In this document: positions 25,876 to 38,437 of the stretch, piece by piece
Position numbering within the stretch: the first letter of the stretch is position 1
Layout of the letters: each line of letters opens with the position of its first letter
Assembly (NCBI GenBank): GCA_030770535.1
Contig: JASVEC010000023.1
Coordinates: 372,001 to 436,000 of the forward strand
DNA length: 64,000 nucleotides
DNA from: Batkoa obscura
Taxonomy: Eukaryota
Direction of reading: 5' to 3'
Notes under the pieces: generated by a model
Seen by the model: the letters and a program-made list of their open reading frames with translations, nothing else
What the model was told of the DNA's origin: nothing
The model's database searches: none
Program-made: the position numbers and the translations under genes

Positions 25876-26865
25876 TTAACTACTTGAAAGCTCAGTCCCA
25901 GTTACCAAATCCTTACTTGAGGAATACTGGAAGCTAGCAGTGGTCTGATAATGCTCATAGTCACCACCTTCTCCCCTGAACAAACTTATTATTCTTTTCC
26001 TAGAATCTGGGTGCAAAGTGATAACAAACAATGGATTTAATATCGTTTCACTAAATAATAAAAACAAACAGATACAATCTACTACATACGATCTTTCATA
26101 ATCATCTATAGCTTCAATGACTAAAACTATAAATTCCGGTAATAAACTGCACATATAAAGTAATGTAAAAACAAACAAAAAAGCGATATGTTTTGATTTA
26201 TAAAATGCTACACTTTTACTGAAGCTACCCGAAGAGGCTCTCAATCTTTGATTCGTTTCAAAATAATGTAATGAAATCAACCCATAAAATAACGGGATAG
26301 AAAATACAATTGGATAGATAATAATAAACATAATTGTAACATAAATTGTATGCTCCATTGAAACATGTGTTTCTGTAGTAGAAATACACAGCAAGCCAGA
26401 AGGCAAAAGCCTTGATACACCCTTAATTTTGGTAATAATAAATATGACCACAGTAACTAATACAATCACTAAAGATATAAAATTGGTTTTTACGTTGCTT
26501 ATGGTATATGATTTAACAATTGCTAGATAACGAACTACAGATAATTGGGCAGTCAAGGCCATGGCTGATATTGCTGTACCATTATATAATATGGAACTTA
26601 AAGAGCAGTAAGCACTCTCTTGAAATTCAATTGGTGTTGTGGACAAACTCCATTTGGCTATTTGAGTAACATCTAAGGATAAAGCTACTAAGATATCAAA
26701 GACAGCTATCCAAGTTATTAAATATGCATCCACCGCTTTTCCTCGTGTGTTTTCAATATTGACTATATATAGAACTAACAAATTTAATATAATTGAAAAA
26801 ATACTGTAGATAAACATAAATATCTCGAAGGGTTGTGAGTAAGCGACTTCTTTTGGGATGTACAT
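25876..26865 (-). CDS. Intronless rhodopsin-like 7TM GPCR
   Basis: QLSVVRY, PSGLLC, LLPEF, NPLFV. Confidence 0.85.
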   Translation of the reverse strand: MYIPKEVAYSQPFEIFMFIYSIFSIILNLLVLYIVNIENTRGKAVDAYLITWIAVFDILVALSLDVTQIAKWSLSTTPIEFQESAYCSLSSILYNGTAISAMALTAQLSVVRYLAIVKSYTISNVKTNFISLVIVLVTVVIFIITKIKGVSRLLPSGLLCISTTETHVSMEHTIYVTIMFIIIYPIVFSIPLFYGLISLHYFETNQRLRASSGSFSKSVAFYKSKHIAFLFVFTLLYMCSLLPEFIVLVIEAIDDYERSYVVDCICLFLLFSETILNPLFVITLHPDSRKRIISLFRGEGGDYEHYQTTASFQYSSSKDLVTGTELSSS

Positions 26866-27291
26866 GTTGAAATTTTTTAATGTTGGAAATTATAAAGATT
26901 AAAATAATTCAATTTTAAATATGATTTGTTTCATTTATAGGCTTTCTTATGGTTTATTTTTTAGACCTTTTTCATGGTTTATTATCGCGAATTATAAGTT
27001 TTTCGGTGAACTAAATTTCTGAATCTATTTTTTAGCTTATTAGTTTCTAATATTTTCATTTAAAATCACTTTTTTAACCTATCATACAGCTTTCTTTGAG
27101 CTTTTCATTGGCTATAGACTTGAAGTTTGAATGTTGATAGAACTAAATAATAATTACATTAAAATCTGCATAATTTATAATTTAAGTGCATGAGTTATTA
27201 TTGAAAATATTATTTTAAATCACTTATTTTATATCTATTTTGTTTGATATTAAGCAACCTCTCGTTTTCTCTCCTTAATGTATTATAATAT

Positions 27292-27387
27292 GGGGATGTA
27301 TTTTTGTGTTTAAGAATTTTGCTAATAATTTTTCCGCTCAAATGGCGCTTAAAAGATGGAAAAAATGAAGCCAAAAAAAACATCCCC
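27292..27387. mobile_element. Sola2-related MITE with ATAT TSD
   Basis: atat|ggggatgt...acatcccc|atat. Confidence 0.9.
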
Positions 27388-27484
27388 ATATGGTGTAATA
27401 GCTGGATAATTAAAAGAATTTACTATTTAATAAGAAAAGTATAATACTGTAGTTTAAAAATCTTTAAAATCCTTTGATAATAAA

Positions 27485-27629
27485 CATTAGGGAGGTCTCA
27501 GGCAGCTACTCCCAAAACTTCATTTATTTAGTAAAACGCGATATATCATTTTTAGACAAAGTAAATAACTTTTCGTATTTTACTAAATAAGCCAAGTCTT
27601 GGGAGTAGTCACTTGCGATCCTCCTAATG
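27485..27629. repeat. ~145-bp imperfect foldback (MITE-like hairpin)
   Basis: cattagggagg...ctactcccaa..ttatttagtaaaa pairs with ttttactaaataa...ttgggagtag...ctcctaatg. Confidence 0.7.
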
Positions 27630-28955
27630 AATGTAGTATTTTACTTTTCATATATGAGAAATAGGGTTGTTGGTTTATGTTCTATAAATGTTGAAATTTA
27701 TGATCATATTTATAAAATTAGAATTTAAGGTGCAAGAATTTTAGTTGTAATTCTACTTTATAAGTCTTTGTTATATTGTATGCTTTAGAGGTTCTATTTA
27801 TATCTACATATCTTATTCCGATTTTCATTTGTACATCATATCTTGATATAACTTGGTATTTATATTACTGAATTCAACAAAATCCAAGTTTTTCAAATGA
27901 TTTTGTGAAATTTTAACTTGTACTAAAATTAATGATTTAATTATACCAGGTAAAATTCAATTATTACTTATATCATAGATAAAATTGAATACACAAGTAT
28001 TTGTGATTTCGTCTATTTTTTAAGCCTTTGTTGTCAAAACCGCCAGAGAGCTACCTGAGTTTTAATCTCTTGTCAAATGCTCATTTAAATTATATCAATA
28101 AACTTTTGTTAAGTTTTAATAAATTAAATAAATAGTTAAAAGAAACTTTAATCCAAAATAACATGTCTTATACAACATTAAAATTAATCTAAAGTTTTTC
28201 ACTATTTATAGGTTAGTCGTCAATTTAAAGGTTAAGGATTTTAAAAAAATAAATGAGGCTTTATATGAAAACTTCACAGCATTTTGATTCTCTATTAATG
28301 CCTGAAGCTAATTGATTCAACCATTGTTAGCTATTGCTATAGCTATGGTTTAAAAGATTAAATATGAAGTAGTGTAAAACCCCCCTAATCGTATACACAA
28401 TCAGAAGTTTTGAGTATCAATTTCTGTTACATGGTTTGAAATACGCTCTTACTCAAAAATAATTTTGTAATTACGCACCTGAGGCAGTATTCATCTGTAA
28501 AAGCAACAAAAAATATTTAAGAGTGTTTAGAGGATTGAATGAAGTAATGGTACTTAATCCAAAATTAATGATCTTTTAGCATAAATTTTTATATTGAATG
28601 AATGTTTGAGTATTCAATGGAGCCTGGAAACCCTACATTGTAAATCGAATCCCAATCCTTGTTTTCATGTTCTTTATTTAAGCATTGAAAATGCATAAAG
28701 TTTTTTGCTTTATTTGCCTGACTTATCCCTGGCTTACCTCTACTTCACTTCCCTCTCGGCCTAACAGCTAAATATTTCACTTAAATCTATAAAGCACTTA
28801 GGAGTTTTTTACTCTTATGAAATTTTAAAAAAATCATGTAATGAAATAAAATAAATTGGTAACTATAAATAAACATTTAAAAATAAATTATTTATTAAAT
28901 TCCGAACAAGAATAGAAAATTGCTGGAAGTGCTATATCATTTACCAAACCTTTAT

Positions 28956-29903
28956 TCATGGATACTGGAATCTAGTAGCGGTTTGATAATAATTGTACTC
29001 ATCTCTTTCCCCTTTGAACAAACTCACTATTTTTCTTCTAGAGTCTGGATGTAAAGTGATAACAAACAATGGGTTTAATACAGTTTCACTAAATAACAAA
29101 AACAGCAAAACATAATCCATCATGTAAGATCTTTCATATTTGATTATAACTTGAATCATTAAAACTATAAATTCTGGTAATAAAGAGCATATATACAGTG
29201 CCGTAAAAAGAGCTAAAAATGCTACATGTTTTGACTTATAAAACGCTACTCTTTTTCTAAGACTACCTGATTGCTCCTTAAACCTTTGATTCGATTTATA
29301 ATAATAGATTGATATTAATCCATAAAAAATAGGAATACAGAATACAATAGGAAAAATAATGGTAAACATAACTGTAGCATAGATAGTGCGTTCTAAAGAA
29401 TTGTTGCTTTTAGTTATAGCTATACATAACAAACCAGAAGGCATAAGTCTCGATATCCCTCTAACCTTATTGATAATAAAGATGGCCATTATTGATGATG
29501 CAATTAGTAAAGAAACAAGATTACTTTTTACATTACTTATTGAGCATGACTTAACAATAGTTAGGTATCGAACTATAGATAACTGGGCGGTTAAAGCTAT
29601 GGCTATTATTGCTGTGCCATTAAATACGACAGAACTTAAAGAGCAATAAACACTTTCTTCAAATTCGATTGAGGATATAGATAAACTCCATTTGGCTATT
29701 TGAGTAATGTCTAAGGATAAAGCTACTAAGATATCAAAGGCAGCTATCCAGGTTATGAGATAGACATCTACAGTTTTTTCTTGCGTGCTTTTAACATTGA
29801 CTACATAAAGGACCAGTAAGTTTAATAGGATAGAGAAAATCGAGTATACAAATATTATTATTTCAAATGAAAGGGATGTATCATATTCTTTTAGGACATA
29901 CAT
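28956..29903 (-). CDS. Intronless rhodopsin-like 7TM GPCR
   Basis: Family motifs present. Tandem paralog of 25876-26865 with a shorter C-tail. Confidence 0.85.
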   Translation of the reverse strand: MYVLKEYDTSLSFEIIIFVYSIFSILLNLLVLYVVNVKSTQEKTVDVYLITWIAAFDILVALSLDITQIAKWSLSISSIEFEESVYCSLSSVVFNGTAIIAIALTAQLSIVRYLTIVKSCSISNVKSNLVSLLIASSIMAIFIINKVRGISRLMPSGLLCIAITKSNNSLERTIYATVMFTIIFPIVFCIPIFYGLISIYYYKSNQRFKEQSGSLRKRVAFYKSKHVAFLALFTALYICSLLPEFIVLMIQVIIKYERSYMMDYVLLFLLFSETVLNPLFVITLHPDSRRKIVSLFKGERDEYNYYQTATRFQYP

Positions 29904-31304
29904 AATATTGATTTTTATAAGAAATTAGATTTAAAAAAATAATGCTCTAAAAAATACTTCAGGTGAATTTATAATACTTTTGATTATTATTCATATTAAT
30001 TTTTTTGGTAAATGGAATGATTTTGAGTCTATTTTTTAAATTTTAAATTTTAAATTTCTAATTAAAATTGCTTGTTTTAACCTATCATAAACTTATGTCT
30101 TATATTTATATTGACTATGAATGGTGTTTTAAAAGTGTTATTTAACCTAAATAAAGTTTACCAAAGTTTGCATAAATTATAGCTTAAGTACATGGACTAT
30201 CATTAAAAATACCGTTTCAGGCCACTTAAAATTTAATCATATTGTATCTTGTATATCCTCTTATTTTAAATTCTTAATAAATTGTAATATACGATAATAG
30301 TTGAACAATTAAGACTATCGATTAATTTATAAAAAGACATAACATTGTAATCCAAAAACCTTGAATTTATTCAATAGTAGCTGTGATATTTTTTTCACAT
30401 ATATAAAAACAAGGCTGTTATTGCTTGATATAATGAATTGCCTGGACCATTATTCAATTTTCAGAAAATAAATAGAATAGGGAATTTTATGCCTCTGATT
30501 ATCTCTGTTCTCTACTTTTAACATTTGTACTTAACAATTAACTACTTGATGGCTTTGACCCTTACAATTTAAATAAAGTAGAATTATTACTTTATGAAAC
30601 ATAAACAAGAAATCAAATTTGTGACTAATTATATTCCGAACCTAATTTGAACATATTTTTTTGATTGTTTTTCTGTTAATTAAGGGTAAAGTAACTATAT
30701 TGTATTGTAAGTCCTGTTTAACCTCAGAAGTTTGTTTTACTGTTTTTTTATCCACTATATCACTTAATAGCACTATTTGCTATACCAATCAATTCAATCG
30801 AAATCAAGTTTTTTTTTAAGAAGATTATAAAATCCTTTATGATAGAAGTAAAATTAGAGGCAAAGTACATTATTTTGTTGTATTGACAAGAAACTATAAA
30901 CAAAAATATTTAGAACTTTACTTTTGTTCTAAACTTTGCTATTAAGGTCCATTAAAAAGCTGCTGTAGTCTTGATTTTTTATTAAATGTCTACTTATATT
31001 ACATTAATATACATCGGATTTTTAATCAAATTAAACTTCACTGCTATCAGGACTGATTTTTTATTCCTAAGACCTTTTGGCATTTATAGCTCAATTAATT
31101 TTGATTTCAGTCTTTTTAAAGTAGCTAGATTTTTCTGTCCGAATCCGTAGAAGTCCAATCTGTACTTAAATATCCTCCTGGAGCTACAGAATTCTATTTC
31201 ACATCTTTGTTTCTCATCTTTACTTTTCTCCTACTGTCAAATCATTTTCTACTAAAGTATTTATAAGTTTACTCTTAATTTTCTTGAAAAAAGTTGGTCA
31301 ACTG

Positions 31305-31430
31305 AATAAAATAAAAATAAAATAAAAATAAAATAAAAATAAAATAAAAATAAAATAAAAATAAAATAAAAATAAAATAAAAATAAAATAAAAATAAAAT
31401 AAAAATAAAATAAAAATAAAATAAAAATAA
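31305..31430. repeat. Tandem repeat (AAAATAAAAAT)n, 11-bp unit, about 11 copies
   Basis: Read directly from the sequence. Confidence 0.95.
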
Positions 31431-31674
31431 GCAGACATTGTAGCATATGAATCTTATAAAAAACATTTTCATTAAAGCTTAAACAAAAAACTCTAACTCA
31501 GTGAAGGGCGCTATACTATTTGCCAAGTCCTTACTCAAGTAAAGTTCACAACCAAAGGTGATTTGATAAAAGATATGTGGCTGTTTTTTTTGGTTTCATT
31601 ATTTTTCCCTTTTTTAAGCACTATTTGAGTGGGAAAACTGTTAGTAAAATTCTTAAACAAAAAAATACATCCCC

Positions 31675-32215
31675 GTATCCTCTTTTCTTTCCAAAGAGTC
31701 TGTTTGTTTTATAGGATCCACATCTAAAGCTAATACAAACAATGGCTTGAATTTTGTTTCATTGTGAAATAAAAATGGTAAAACAAATATATTTCATAAG
31801 ATTATTCTTACTCATTCGTCGCTTCGATGACTAAAAATATTAACTTCTGGAGTCTAAAAGATATATTTAAATGAAAAAAAAGCCAAAAAAGTAATATGAT
31901 TTGATTTATAAGGTACTATTGCTTTTATAAGCCTTTGTAAATTCCCCCTAAAGTTTTGATTGTTTTAAAGTAGTATATTGGCATCATCTCATAAAATACT
32001 ATGAGAAGCATGAATGTAACATAAAGCGTATGTTCTATGGGAGCGTAACCTTTAGTATTGGATGTATACATCAATCATGTAAGCATTAATTGTAATACTA
32101 TTTTAATTTTAATAGCACCAGAGGTAATCTTAGTTAATAGTATAATTGATAAATAAAAATCTGCTTTTTTGTCTATTGTTGGTATAAGATTTAATAATAG
32201 TTATGTAACAAAATA
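31675..32215 (-). pseudogene. Decayed GPCR remnant (TM3-TM7) bracketed by MITEs
   Basis: The minus strand gives YITIIKSY, PEVNIF and KPLFVLALDVDP-like fragments. MITEs lie at 31577-31674 and 32222-32312. Confidence 0.65.
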
Positions 32216-32221
32216 TCTATA

Positions 32222-32865
32222 GGATGTTTTTTTGGTTTCACTACTTTCCGTTTTTTGAGCGCTATTTGAGCGGAAAGGTTGTTAGTGAAATTCTTAAATA
32301 AAAATACATCACCATATAATCGTGTATAAATTGTAAGTTTGATCGTTTCCATAGAACCAAATGATACTTGGATTAAAGTTGTATTGTTTTTGTTTTAATA
32401 TATATACTTTTATCGATGATTTTCTACAGATCTGTTTTAATATATAGGGATGTAATTTTTTGCTTAAAATTTTACTAGCAATTTTTCCGCCCAAATAGCG
32501 CTTGAAAAATGGAAAAAGTGGGGATGTATTTTTGTATTTAAGAATTTTACTGACAATTTTTCCACATAAATAGCGCTTAAAAAATGGAAAAATAATGAAA
32601 CTAAAAAAAACAGCCCCAAGTAATCAAACTAAAAAAAACATCCCCATAAAGTTTTATACTGAATATGTTTTTATTTATCTTTCTTATATAATATGAATTG
32701 GTTTAGACTCGAGGTTTAATTTCTAGTTTTGATTCCTTGTAGAGACTAGAAATTAAGCATAAATAATAGGTGGTATCTCTTTTGGTTTCATTATTCTTTC
32801 CAGCTTTAAACTTTGTTGAGTGAAAAAACGTTAGTAGATCCCTTGAATAAAAAGAGACTATCTTA
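32222..32865. mobile_element. Cluster of 4 or more MITE copies, partly nested
   Basis: Copies near 32222-32312, 32447-32520 (interrupted), 32520-32617, an extra end at 32645, and 32769-32865. Confidence 0.8.
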
Positions 32866-33699
32866 TACGAAAATAACTACTTTTTTAATTAATTTTTCAT
32901 TAAATAAATTGTCTTTTAGTCTTATTCAAGCATTCAATTTTTCAAAATTTATGTTACATGAAAAATGAACAGAACGGAAACAAAAAAGGCATTCCAATAT
33001 GGATTTTGCAAAGTTGGGTTAAGGCCAGATTGCAAAATATTATTATTTTAAACCTTTAAATTTATTATACATAGAAATTGAGATATAAAAGTAAAAGCTC
33101 ACTGTGAGAATGCGATTACATTACCTCTTTAAGATTAACTATTAAACATTGCTCCATTGTGTTCTTAGAATATTCTTAGTTTTCATAAAAAATGGCAAAG
33201 TCGGAATAATATTTGATATTTTTATGTTTTAAAAATCTATAACCATTTCTACTTCTAATATTTGAAATTTATTATGAATTAGTAATTAAAAACCAATAAA
33301 TAGGAAATAAAACCTAAAATTATAGTAATTTATCCTGTTATTACCTAGTAAATTCTAAAATATTATTACAAAATTGTTTTTTTTAAATAGACACTTAATT
33401 TGTTAGCAATTAACATATAAAAGAGTTGCTAATCCAATATGATTGTAAAAACTATTTTATTCTTATTCGTTTATTTATTTATTTAAAACACTTAAGTGGA
33501 TTTTTAAGAATTTAAAAAAATAATATGTTATTCAAAAATGTTTTTTATTTTTTGATAATTTTTAATTCATTTAATAAAGGTCAAATTTTATTAATAAGAA
33601 TATTCTCAAGGAAATACTGGGTAAATAAATGTGAAAGAATGATAAAGTAACATCTCAAAAATTTAAATCCAGATACTTTTTTAACCACTTTAATCATCG

Positions 33700-34674
33700 A
33701 TGTTAGTGATCGTCAGCAAAAGTTTATCCTACAGTTTAACCTTTGAAATCATTATATTTATATTATGTTCAGTATCACTAGTATTAAATCTGTTGGTATT
33801 ATACATCACCAAGCATAGATATCAAACAAACAAAGCGATCGATACTCAACTAATTATTTTAATTTCAATTTTCGATTTATTACTAGTCCTTTTTTACTTC
33901 GTCACTCAAATTATCAAATGGTGTTATGGTATAAACGAACTTGAATTTATATCCGGTCCATGGTGCATGTTCAATGCGATAGCTTTCAATGCTGTAGGTA
34001 TCTTTGCTGTTACCTTAACAGCCCAATTAGCAGTTATTCGTTATTTAACTATTGTTAAGCGATATGCTATCGATAATTTCAAATCTACAATTGCGACTAT
34101 AGTACTGGCCTTACTTATCGTATTAGCTTTTAGTTTAAGTGCAGTGCAAGATAGCTATCGACTAATGCCATCAGGTATGTTTTGCATCACAGTATCTACA
34201 CCAGGAAATACGACCATTCATACTGTCTATGCCGTTTTTGTATATTCTATTACTATACCTGCGGTGTTATCAATACCAATATTTTATGCACTCTTGAGTG
34301 TACATTATTACAAGTTGAGCCAATCTTTAAGATCTGATGACTACTATGATAAAGGGAGGTCCTTCTTTAAGTCCCATTATATTGTTTATCTATTATTGTT
34401 TACAGTAGCCTATCTGTTTTCTTTACTTCCAGAGTTTATGTTGTTGCTCATTGAAACAACTACAGGTTATGAACGTAGTTTTATTTTAGATTGTATCGTT
34501 TATTTCCTGTTCCTTTCAGAATGTACTATTAATCCATTATTTGTCATCACTTTGCATCCAGAAACTAGAGCTGATGTATTAGCTTTGCTAAAAGGTACTT
34601 TAACCAAACCTAATCCTAAAGAAGTAGAGAACTTCCAATCATTACATAGTATCGAGTTAAATCAAAATAGATAG
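33700..34674 (+). CDS. Intronless rhodopsin-like 7TM GPCR
   Basis: Family motifs present. Inverted paralog of 17181-18155. Confidence 0.85.
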   Translation: MLVIVSKSLSYSLTFEIIIFILCSVSLVLNLLVLYITKHRYQTNKAIDTQLIILISIFDLLLVLFYFVTQIIKWCYGINELEFISGPWCMFNAIAFNAVGIFAVTLTAQLAVIRYLTIVKRYAIDNFKSTIATIVLALLIVLAFSLSAVQDSYRLMPSGMFCITVSTPGNTTIHTVYAVFVYSITIPAVLSIPIFYALLSVHYYKLSQSLRSDDYYDKGRSFFKSHYIVYLLLFTVAYLFSLLPEFMLLLIETTTGYERSFILDCIVYFLFLSECTINPLFVITLHPETRADVLALLKGTLTKPNPKEVENFQSLHSIELNQNR

Positions 34675-36184
34675 GTTTTATACTCAATAAACTTTTCATT
34701 GTTTACAACAGCTTTCATTTGACACATACTTGGGTCATGGTTAAAATTGTAACCACCATTTCTTTTTTGTTTGTTGTTACTATGTCTGTAGTTGATATGA
34801 GGATTTTTGATTAGCCCTATCCATGCTTTTTATTATTGAAAACTTTGTTCTTGGACAAAGAATAGAATTTTATTAAATCACTATTATGTTTATTAAACTA
34901 ATTATATTAAACTAGTTATTATTATTTTATCAATAAAAAATTATTATTATGTTTTTTGATCATAAATAATAGAATAACGTATAAAATTAAAAGTCACGCA
35001 ACTCTTCATTGAATAAGACTTAAACGAGATGCCTTAAACAAGTTAGAATCTAATTAGCTACTACTTTTATTGTTTTGTTTAATAGTGCTAAATTTTATTT
35101 TAGATGATAATCGACTTTTGGACAGTAATAAAAAATGGTTTTTTACACGAATAAAACTTATGGAAATTTGTAAGCAAAAAAATTGAACAGTTGAATCAAT
35201 AGAGCGAAAAGTTACCTTTTTCACTAAGTATCAAAATTAAAAATAACCTTAATTTTATTTACAATAAAAACTCATTTTAAGTTTACAATTATTAGGCTAG
35301 GAAATTCGACTTTTTTGTTATAAAAGAGAACCCTCTTCATTACTTGAAATTATAAAAGCTCTTCTGGGTTTTAGATCCTATCCCTTAGCTCGCTTTTCTT
35401 TTTATCTCCCATACACTAATTTTATTACTCTTATAATCGTTCATTATTGATAAAATAAAAGTTGCTAATCTTTAGAATTTTGGAATATATTTTATTCTAA
35501 AGCTGCTGCTCATTTATGAAAAAAATTCGATGGTGTATTTTTATAAATAATGATTAATTCAATCAGAAGAATAGTAGCTCCCACTTTCAAATAGAAGAAT
35601 CAAAAGTACTATACATATAAGTATTTGGAATCGAAAAACTACAGTCTGTTGAAAAGTTGGAAACACTATTTGAAGATATATTTCTGTGTTTAAGAATTTT
35701 ATTACAATTTTTCTGCTCAAATAATGTTTAGAAGGGAAAAAGTAATGAAAAGCCAAAAAAAATCTCTATTTTCTAACTTTTATTCAACAGACTGCAACCT
35801 TAAGTGCAAAAGTTGTTAGTGTTTTTTGAACAAATTTGTTTTGATTAAAACAACTTGTTTATGGGCCAATGAATTTTTACCATTGTAGCAATATACTCTT
35901 ATTATATTTTAAAAATGTTAGGCTCATTTATAGAGGGCCATTTATTATTGAAATTTTTAGCAAAATTCTTAAAGGAGCTTGCGCTCCCAAGTGATTTATC
36001 AACAAGGCTAAAAAACTTTAAAAAAGGGAGAAAGAGGCTATGAAGGCAGAGCTCCAGTTTCTGCTTTAGAAGCTACCAAAATTAATAATCTTTTTATTTT
36101 TTTTTGACATTTATTTAAACCTCAACTTCCAAATTCAACTAAGTGTTTTCATTTTGACTATTATTGTTACTTAAGCAAAAAGCT

Positions 36185-37174
36185 TCAACTTATTGGAAGT
36201 GGTGTGCGACCTATCAAATCATTACTCAAAGGATATTGAAAAGCTGAAACAGTTTGATGATGCCCATCCCCATTTCTTTCTTTCTTGAATAATTTAACTA
36301 ATTTTTTTCTAGAATCTGGAAGTAAAGTTAATACAAATAATGGATTGACTACCGCTCCACTATAAAATAAAAGGAAAGAAATACAATCTACTGTATAAGA
36401 TCTTTGGTAGTAACTTGCTGCTTCAATAACCAAAATGATAAATTCTGGGAACATACAAATTAGATATAACATTGTAAAAAGGAATAAACAAGCAATATGT
36501 TTTGATTTGTAAAATGCTACCCTTTGTCTAAGACTACCTGAACATTCCTTGAACCTTTGATTCAATTTGTAATAATGAATTGATATCAATCCATAAAAGA
36601 TCGGGATACAAAGTGCTATAGGATATATTATAACAAATACAACGGTAGCATAAATTTTATGCTCTATAGAGTCATGATTTTCAGTAGTGGGTATACATAT
36701 CAATCCTGACGGCATTAAACGCGATACTCCCATAGTTCCACTGATAGTAAAGACAAAGAATGTTAATAAAATAATTACTATTGATAAAAACTTGACCTTT
36801 ATGTTGCTGATAGTAAATGACTTAACAATTGTTAAATAACGAACTATGGATAATTGAGCAGATAAAGCAATGGCTACAATAACAGTACTACTATTAAGTA
36901 TTGAGCTAAAAGAACAATATGTACTCTCTTGATATTCTAATGGAGTCATAGATAAATTCCATTTAGCTGCTAAGTTTATATCCAATGATATTGAGAATAA
37001 TACATCAAATATAGCTATACATGTTATTAAATAAATATCTATCGCTTTTTCTTTTGATAATTTGGCATTTACTATATAAATCACAACAATGTTTAATATA
37101 ATGGCAAAGATAGAGTATATAAACATGACTATTTCGAAGGGAAGGGAGTAGCTATATTCTTTGGGTATGTACAT
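36185..37174 (-). CDS. Intronless rhodopsin-like 7TM GPCR (329 aa from MYIPK)
   Basis: Family motifs present. The ATG aligns with the paralogs. Confidence 0.85.
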   Translation of the reverse strand: MYIPKEYSYSLPFEIVMFIYSIFAIILNIVVIYIVNAKLSKEKAIDIYLITCIAIFDVLFSISLDINLAAKWNLSMTPLEYQESTYCSFSSILNSSTVIVAIALSAQLSIVRYLTIVKSFTISNIKVKFLSIVIILLTFFVFTISGTMGVSRLMPSGLICIPTTENHDSIEHKIYATVVFVIIYPIALCIPIFYGLISIHYYKLNQRFKECSGSLRQRVAFYKSKHIACLFLFTMLYLICMFPEFIILVIEAASYYQRSYTVDCISFLLFYSGAVVNPLFVLTLLPDSRKKLVKLFKKERNGDGHHQTVSAFQYPLSNDLIGRTPLPIS

Positions 37175-38437
37175 GACAATTGTTTTTTGAGTTTCTTGAT
37201 TAAAATAAGTTAAAAATACAAAAGATAAAAGATAAAAATTATAAAGTGGATTTGGCTTATTTATTGGTTTCACTATGATTTAGTATAGTTGTAAAACTTT
37301 TTTCTGAAGCATGAATGTTCTTAAAGGTCTTGGTAGCTTAATATAGCCCAATTCTAGTTTTTTTGATGATTTAAATAATTTTGTTTTTTTTCAATATTCA
37401 AAGACTAGAGGCTTTATGCTTTTTACAGCTACTTTGATTTATTGAATGAATTCTTTTTGCATCGCTTGCTTTGGTATACTAAAAATGATTTGAGAATCTT
37501 GTTGATCATAAATTTTAATTGTAAACTAAATTTAAGTAACATTTACATTATATATAATACATATTTTAAAGGTATGTACTAGTATTGATATATATTCTAT
37601 CATTTGTTTTAAATAGGTTATATTTTATATTAGTTATCCTCTTACTTTTTTCCCTCAATATAATATATAGGCTAGAATCGTGTACTGTGGTAATTAAGGT
37701 TATTAGTAATTTGATGAAAAAAATATTATTTATGGCTTAAATTAATGAATTCGTTTGATGTTAAGTATAGCATCTTATCTATTTATATTTGCTTTGATAC
37801 TTTAACTTGAGTTGTATCCTATTCTTCTGTACTTTATGCGTTAAATATTTTAATATAGTCTATTGTTATATCATCTAACTCAACGAAGTTAAAATTTATT
37901 AAATAAATAAGCAACTTTAGTTTTAAATCAAAGCTATGTCAATGCTAATAATTTTATTATATTTAATAAAATATTATTTATTATTGATTTTGGCAATAAA
38001 AATTAATGATTCAAGTGTTTAAAATTTTGTTATTTTCTAACTTTTATTAATGCCTAAAGTAAGGTTGTCAAAGCTTTGCTCATTTTATAACACAAGATTT
38101 TCTTCTTATCATAACTATCTCAAAAAAATAAAAAAAATAATGTAAATTTCTTGAATAACAATCGAAAACGAAAGTAAGAAAAATATAAAATATTACAATG
38201 TAGATTAGTGTAATTTTAACCATAGAGGGATCAATTTTGTACCAACATTATATGAGGATATATTTTTGTGTTTAAGAATTTACTAATTTTTCGCTCAAGT
38301 AGCATTTAAAAAAAATAGAAAAGTGATGAAGCCAAAAAAAGCATCCCTATATGTTTTGCCCATTTTTGCCTTTAATTGCCATTTGAATTTTTTACAATAG
38401 TTTGTTCAATTTTTTGTTTATATATATCTGTGATGGA

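Noticed and set aside
31261..31472. Two Phe/Tyr/Ile-rich ORFs
   Set aside because: They are translations of the 11-bp tandem repeat.
6594..37174. GPCRs as opsins or Ste2/Ste3 pheromone receptors
   Set aside because: No conserved TM7 Lys for retinal. The motifs are class A-like rather than Ste2/Ste3-like.
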